Assembly: GCA_963772835.1 (NCBI GenBank)
Contig: CAVYYZ010000005.1
Location: 32,001 to 96,000, forward strand
Reading direction: 5' to 3'
DNA: 64,000 bases
Source of the DNA: an uncultured delta proteobacterium
GTDB taxonomy: Bacteria; Desulfobacterota; Desulfuromonadia; Geobacterales; Pseudopelobacteraceae
Shown here: positions 58,882-64,000 of the stretch, one piece after another
Layout of the letters: the number at the start of each line of letters is the position of its first letter
Position numbering within the stretch: the first letter of the stretch is position 1
Position numbers and translations under genes: made by a program
Notes under the pieces: model-generated
Databases searched by the model: none
What the model saw: the letters and a program-made list of their open reading frames with translations, nothing else
Told to the model about the DNA's origin: nothing

Positions 58882-60687
58882 TCAATCGAAGTCTGTATCC
58901 TGACCGTTTATTACCGGAAGAAACGCGGCACCATATTTGCGTAACTTGTGTTCTCCAACCCCGGTAACGTCCAGCAACTCCCGTTCATTGCGAGGTTTAC
59001 TCGATGCCATCTCCAGCAGAGTGGCATCGGAAAACACAACAAAGGGCGGTACATTGGCGGTGTCGGCAATTTGTTTGCGCAGCGCACGCAGCTTGTCGAA
59101 GAGGACCTGATGAAGTCCGTCAACCATTCCCCGTCGCCGTTTTGCCTTTTCTTCAGGCTTGACCGCAGCGCGCGGAAGGCCAAGTATGACCTGGGTCTCG
59201 CCTTTCAGCACCGGCCGTGCCGCCGGTGACAATCCCAAAACACCGTAGCGGGTGAAGTCCTGTACAATATAGCCGAGATGAATCAACTGGCGGAAGATAT
59301 TTTCCCACTCCAATACCGACTGCTCTGTGCCTATACCGTAGGTGGACAGCTCATGGTGGCGCAGGTCGGTGACGCGCTGACTCTTTGCCCCTCGCAGCAC
59401 CTCAATAACATGCCGTACTCCGAACCGTTCGCCGACACGGTACACACAGGAGAGCGCTTTTTTTGCCTGTTCTGATGCGTTGAAACGCTGCGGTGGATCG
59501 ATGCAGATATCGCAATTGCCGCAGTCATGATCCCGCTTGTCGCCGAAATAGGAGAGCAGTGCCCGGCGACGGCAGGTCAGTGCCTCGCCGTATGAAACCA
59601 TCGCATTCAACTTCTGAATCTCGATCCGTACCCGTTCGGCGTTGTCGCTGTTCTCGATCAGAGCCCGGGCGGTCATGACATCACCCATCCCGAACAGCAT
59701 CAACGCTTCTGACGGCAGGCCGTCACGTCCTGCCCTGCCTGTTTCCTGATAATAGCTTTCAACACTCTTCGGCATGTCGTAATGGACGACAAAGCGGACG
59801 TTGGGTTTATCGATCCCCATGCCGAACGCGACGGTGGCGACTACGATCCGCAGATCGTCGCGGCGAAAGGCATTCTGTACCCGACTCCGCTCTTTTTCGG
59901 ACAGCCCGGCGTGGTACGCTGCGGCAGAAAATCCTGCATGCTTCAGCTGCTCTGCAATCTGTTCGACCCGTTTCCTGCTCAGCGCATAGATGATGCCGGC
60001 TTCATCACCGCGGCCTTTCAGGAATCCCGACAGCTGCACAGACGGCTTATGTTTGGGAATGACCGTATAGGTTATGTTCGGCCGGTCAAAACCGGCGACA
60101 AAGACCGTGGCCCGCTGGATACCGAGCTGGCTGACGATATCCTTGCGTGTTTCCGGATCGGCCGTTGCGGTCATCGCGACAATCGGCACATCGGGAAACG
60201 TACTCCGCAACTGTCCGAGCTTCACATAATCGGGCCGGAAATCGTGCCCCCACTGGGAAATGCAGTGTGCCTCATCAATGGCAAACAGCGCCAGCGTCAG
60301 CGTGGACAGCGTGTCCAAAAAGTCGGGGAGCAGCAGACGCTCCGGCGCAACATAAAGCAGGTCAAGTTCGTTGTTGTGCAGCTGCCGCAGCACCTGACGT
60401 GCTTCAATGGACGTCTGGGACGAGTTGAGGCAGGCGGCCCGCACGCCATTTTCCTCCAGTGCATCGACCTGATCCTTCATCAGGGCGATCAGCGGTGAAA
60501 CGACAATCGCCACACCATCCCGGTGCAGGGCAGGAATCTGATAGCAGAGCGATTTACCACCACCGGTCGGCATCACGAGAAAGACATCTTCACCGGCCAC
60601 TACCCGTTCGATGACATCCTGCTGAGGTGCCCGGAACTGATTAAAACCGAAGACGGTTTTCAGCGTATGATGAATAGCTTCAGGCAC
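58882..60687 (-). CDS. recQ: ATP-dependent DNA helicase RecQ
   Basis: TGGGKS, DEAHC.SQWGHDFRP, QETGRAGRDG, Zn-binding RQC and HRDC domains. Confidence 0.96.
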   Translation of the reverse strand: MPEAIHHTLKTVFGFNQFRAPQQDVIERVVAGEDVFLVMPTGGGKSLCYQIPALHRDGVAIVVSPLIALMKDQVDALEENGVRAACLNSSQTSIEARQVLRQLHNNELDLLYVAPERLLLPDFLDTLSTLTLALFAIDEAHCISQWGHDFRPDYVKLGQLRSTFPDVPIVAMTATADPETRKDIVSQLGIQRATVFVAGFDRPNITYTVIPKHKPSVQLSGFLKGRGDEAGIIYALSRKRVEQIAEQLKHAGFSAAAYHAGLSEKERSRVQNAFRRDDLRIVVATVAFGMGIDKPNVRFVVHYDMPKSVESYYQETGRAGRDGLPSEALMLFGMGDVMTARALIENSDNAERVRIEIQKLNAMVSYGEALTCRRRALLSYFGDKRDHDCGNCDICIDPPQRFNASEQAKKALSCVYRVGERFGVRHVIEVLRGAKSQRVTDLRHHELSTYGIGTEQSVLEWENIFRQLIHLGYIVQDFTRYGVLGLSPAARPVLKGETQVILGLPRAAVKPEEKAKRRRGMVDGLHQVLFDKLRALRKQIADTANVPPFVVFSDATLLEMASSKPRNERELLDVTGVGEHKLRKYGAAFLPVINGQDTDFD

Positions 60688-60696
60688 CGGGTACGG

Positions 60697-63687
60697 CTAC
60701 AGCTCCCGCAATGTCTGCTGCCACGCTTCTTTCAATTCGCACAGATCCGCCGTTACAACAGTCGCATTATTCAAGCCTGTGATAGAAAGAATCCGCTCTT
60801 CCGTCACAGCACCGATCGAAGCGAAGCAGTTTCCACCCATAAGTGTTTCGAATTCGGCGCGTCGTTCCGGATGAACTGTTACCAGGTGGCGGGAAGCCGA
60901 CTCGGAGAAAAGCAGCGAGCAATCGCTTCTGCCGGCCGCATCGCCCTTCCAGAGAACGAGGGAAAGATCGAGATTCATGCCGAATCCTCCGGCAAAGGAA
61001 GATTCAGCCGCCGCCACCGCCAAACCACCGTCGGAGAGGTCATGACAGGAAGCAACGGTTCCCTGATTAACCGCCTGATGATAGGCCTTATAGCGCTTGT
61101 ACGCTGTGGATGCATCAACCCGTGGCACCTTGTTGCCGACCGCCCCGGTGAGCGCCAGATATTCCGATCCCCCCAGTTCGTCGGCTGTTTTACCGAGCAG
61201 ATACACTATGTCGCCCGGCTTTTTGACATCCATGGTGACCGCTTTTCGCGCATCATCGATTTTGCCGATAACGGAGAAGAGCAGCGTCGGAGGAATGGAT
61301 ATCTTGGTCGTACCATCGTAGAAGTCATTCTTCATGGAGTCCTTGCCTGATATCAGCGGAAGGTTGTACTCCATGCAGACGTCGTACAGAGCCTGATTGG
61401 ACCGCACCAACTGGGCCATTTTGTAGGGACCGTCCGGCGTTTTCTCCGACAGAACCGGATCGCACCAGCAGAAGTTATCCAGACCGGCAACCAGATCCAG
61501 TGAACCGCCGACGGCCACATAGTTGCGCAGAGCCTCATCAACGGCGTTGGCGGTCATATGATAGGTATCGATGTCAGAGAAACGTGGACAGATGCCGTGG
61601 GCTGTCACAACCCCCTCGAAAGAATCAAGCAAAGGCCTGACTACCGCCGCATCTGAGGGTCCGTCGTTGGTGACGCCGGTGAACGGCTTGACGACCGAAC
61701 CACCCTGCACTTCATGGTCGTAGCGGCGCACCACCGACTCCTTGGAACAGATGTTCAGCGCCGACAGCAGCTTCTTCAGGTCATCAGTGTAGCCCTCTTT
61801 TGCAACAAGAACCGGCTCCTCATTCACCGGCGGAATCCACTTTGCCGGAATCTGCATCGGGGGGAGCCCTTCATGCATGAATTCCATCGGCAGCCAGGCA
61901 ACAGTCCTGTCACCATAGAGCATATGAAAGACACCATTGTCAGTGAATTCACCCAGCACCGTGGCCTCGACCCCAAAACGGACCGCCATGGCAAGAAAAT
62001 CGTTGATCCGATCAGGAGGAACGGCCAGAGACATTCGCTCCTGAGCCTCAGAAATCAGTATTTCCCACGGGTTGAGGCCGGGATATTTTAGCGGCGCCCT
62101 GGCGAGGTCCATCCGGCAGCCGCCGCACTCACCCGCCATCTCGCCGATAGAGGATGACAGACCGCCGGCACCGTTATCGGTGATGAAGCGGTAGAGTCCC
62201 TTGTCACGGGCCCGGATCAGGAAATCGAACATCCGCTTCTGTGTAATAGGGTCGCCTATCTGCACCGCCGTTACCGGCGAGTTTTCGTTCAGTTCCTCTG
62301 AGGAAAAAGTTGCTCCGTGAATACCATCCTTACCGATCCTGCCACCGGTCATGACAATCAGATCGCCCGGCATGATGGATTTTTCATGAGCCGGCAGGCC
62401 GTTGATGACGGCAGGCATCAGACCTGCGGTGCCACAGAAGACCAGCGGTTTGCCGGCAAACCGGTCATCAAACACAAGCGAGCCGTTGATCGTTGGGATG
62501 CCGCTTTTGTTACCGCCATGTTCTACGCCTTCGACAACCCCTTCAAAGATCCGGCGCGGATGCAGCAAGCGACTGGGAAGCGGTTTGGCATAGAACGGAT
62601 CGGCAAAACAGAAAACATCCGTGTTGAAGATCAGCTTAGATCCGATACCGGTGCCGAACGGATCACGATTGACCCCCACTATGCCGGTTAACGCGCCGCC
62701 GTAGGGATCAAGGGCTGATGGCGAGTTATGGGTTTCAACCTTGAAAACAAGAGAGTGGGTGTCATTAAACTTGATCACGCCGGCGTTGTCTTTGAATACG
62801 GAAAGACAGAAGTCTTTATCACCCATCCGTTCCCGCACATCTTTCGTCGTCCGCTGAATAAATGATTTAAACAGGGATTTAATCTCCTGACGACTACCGT
62901 TCTCATCCTCATACTGCACGGTACCGGAAAAAATCTTGTGCTTGCAGTGTTCTGACCAGGTCTGAGCAAGGCATTCCAGCTCCACATCCGTCGGACGTGC
63001 GCCCAGTCCGAACGTGAGCCGCTCTGACAGAACTTTTGCATCACGGTAGTGCCCCTGAATGATCTTCATTTCATCCAGCGTCAGTGCCAGGACCCCGTCC
63101 TTACTGATTCGCAGAAGCTCTTCATCCTCAACCTCCAGATCGATTTCACGCACCTCGATCTTCGTTTCACTACTGACTTTCGGGACGTAGGGAGGAAAAC
63201 CACCTTTAGCAGCAAAATCTGCGGCGGAAAGGATGCTGTAGCGCTGAATGAGAGTATTGCAGAGGAGGCCGGTGGCTATTTTATCAACATCGGCTGCAGA
63301 CAAACTACCTTTGAAAAGATATTGCACAGAGTAATACACACCATCGCCGGCAGCACAGGGCCGCCCGGACAGATAGGTAACCGCCTCGCGAGCTGTACGT
63401 CCGACGTTGTCTGTAACACCGGGGCGGAAGCCGACTTCCACTGCAAAATCGAACTCGGCAGCAAGCGGGCGATCGATACTCCATAGTTGGATAACCGGAT
63501 CACTGAAGGGGCCGGCGGCAGCCAGTTCCAGCTCTTCTGCACTAAGATCTGTGTCGAGGGTGTAAACGTCCAGTGTACGCACCTCTTCAACATCAAGATG
63601 CAGGAAGTGCCCTATCTCCCGTTTGATCCGCTCGCCTCGTGCATCACGCACGTTCTCTTGTAATGCCGCTTCAATTCTGTTGGCCAT
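60697..63687 (-). CDS. purL: FGAM synthase large subunit with N-terminal PurS-like domains
   Basis: WSEHCKHK, KVETHNSPS, DNGAGG, SEAQERM and HDLSDGG. Confidence 0.96.
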   Translation of the reverse strand: MANRIEAALQENVRDARGERIKREIGHFLHLDVEEVRTLDVYTLDTDLSAEELELAAAGPFSDPVIQLWSIDRPLAAEFDFAVEVGFRPGVTDNVGRTAREAVTYLSGRPCAAGDGVYYSVQYLFKGSLSAADVDKIATGLLCNTLIQRYSILSAADFAAKGGFPPYVPKVSSETKIEVREIDLEVEDEELLRISKDGVLALTLDEMKIIQGHYRDAKVLSERLTFGLGARPTDVELECLAQTWSEHCKHKIFSGTVQYEDENGSRQEIKSLFKSFIQRTTKDVRERMGDKDFCLSVFKDNAGVIKFNDTHSLVFKVETHNSPSALDPYGGALTGIVGVNRDPFGTGIGSKLIFNTDVFCFADPFYAKPLPSRLLHPRRIFEGVVEGVEHGGNKSGIPTINGSLVFDDRFAGKPLVFCGTAGLMPAVINGLPAHEKSIMPGDLIVMTGGRIGKDGIHGATFSSEELNENSPVTAVQIGDPITQKRMFDFLIRARDKGLYRFITDNGAGGLSSSIGEMAGECGGCRMDLARAPLKYPGLNPWEILISEAQERMSLAVPPDRINDFLAMAVRFGVEATVLGEFTDNGVFHMLYGDRTVAWLPMEFMHEGLPPMQIPAKWIPPVNEEPVLVAKEGYTDDLKKLLSALNICSKESVVRRYDHEVQGGSVVKPFTGVTNDGPSDAAVVRPLLDSFEGVVTAHGICPRFSDIDTYHMTANAVDEALRNYVAVGGSLDLVAGLDNFCWCDPVLSEKTPDGPYKMAQLVRSNQALYDVCMEYNLPLISGKDSMKNDFYDGTTKISIPPTLLFSVIGKIDDARKAVTMDVKKPGDIVYLLGKTADELGGSEYLALTGAVGNKVPRVDASTAYKRYKAYHQAVNQGTVASCHDLSDGGLAVAAAESSFAGGFGMNLDLSLVLWKGDAAGRSDCSLLFSESASRHLVTVHPERRAEFETLMGGNCFASIGAVTEERILSITGLNNATVVTADLCELKEAWQQTLREL

Positions 63688-63688
63688 A

Positions 63689-64000
63689 TCAGTCTGTTCC
63701 TTTTTGCATTTTCACCGTTCTGATCGGGAACGGAATTTCAATAGAGTTCTCGCCAAATCTTTTGAGAATGAGCGAATTTAATTTATCGGTGGTTGCAAAC
63801 AATGTGCTGTACTCCTCAACCCAGAAAAACAGGGACATATTGAGAGCGGAATCGCCGAAACTGACAAAATATGCTTCGGAGGGAGGGTCGATCAGAACAT
63901 CCGTGACTTCACCGGCAGTCGCTACCAGCAGCAGTTTTACCTGATCAACATCACTTCCGTACGCCACACCGATATTGATGCGCCCTTTGACCCGGCTGTT
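63689..64000 (-). CDS. MscS family mechanosensitive channel (C-terminal part)
   Basis: Frame is open to the window edge; IGVAYGSD, FGDSAL and IEIPFP. Confidence 0.88.
   Translation of the reverse strand, partial: NSRVKGRINIGVAYGSDVDQVKLLLVATAGEVTDVLIDPPSEAYFVSFGDSALNMSLFFWVEEYSTLFATTDKLNSLILKRFGENSIEIPFPIRTVKMQKGTD

Noticed and set aside
59782..61350. 238-aa and 275-aa plus-strand ORFs
   Set aside because: Antisense to recQ and purL, with no independent evidence.

Overview
Bacterial DNA, most likely from a Geobacter/Pelobacter-like deltaproteobacterium. This is inferred from an HgtR-like repressor, the PurS-fused PurL and gene orders such as ilvB-ilvN-ilvC-psd-pssA. Bases ~1-31 kb form an accessory general-stress-like island. 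It carries two PAS kinases, a PAS-sigma54 activator, two CsbD genes, BON, Spy/CpxP-like, lmo0937-type, YihY and GH13 proteins, an FAD/Fe-S oxidoreductase, a GNAT-M20-iron permease operon, a DUF3494 ice-binding protein, a second pssA-like gene, an ABC exporter, pqiABC and three 20-21 aa hydrophobic micropeptides. The strongest unexplained signal is regulatory: ten sigma54 (-24/-12) promoters lie between 2.4 and 21.8 kb. Most share one architecture: tandem 16-bp palindromes CYGTCA-N4-TGACRG ending 96-98 bp from the promoter, plus an IHF-like site 26-28 bp from it. Bases ~31-64 kb are mostly housekeeping (pepN, ilvDBNC, psd-pssA, sppA, DAHP synthase, gmhB, rfbA, mreCD-mrdA-rodA, tlyA/HIT, pyrE, purF, purQ, recQ, purL, partial mscS). 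This half also has an M-box riboswitch ahead of an MgtE-N/CBS + NRAMP-like pair and a ~70-nt two-hairpin element duplicated upstream of ilvB and psd. Six single-base insertions in three genes look like sequencing errors, so frameshifts and fusions here need read-level checks. No rRNA, tRNA, CRISPR array or transposase was seen. All calls were made by eye; no database searches were run.
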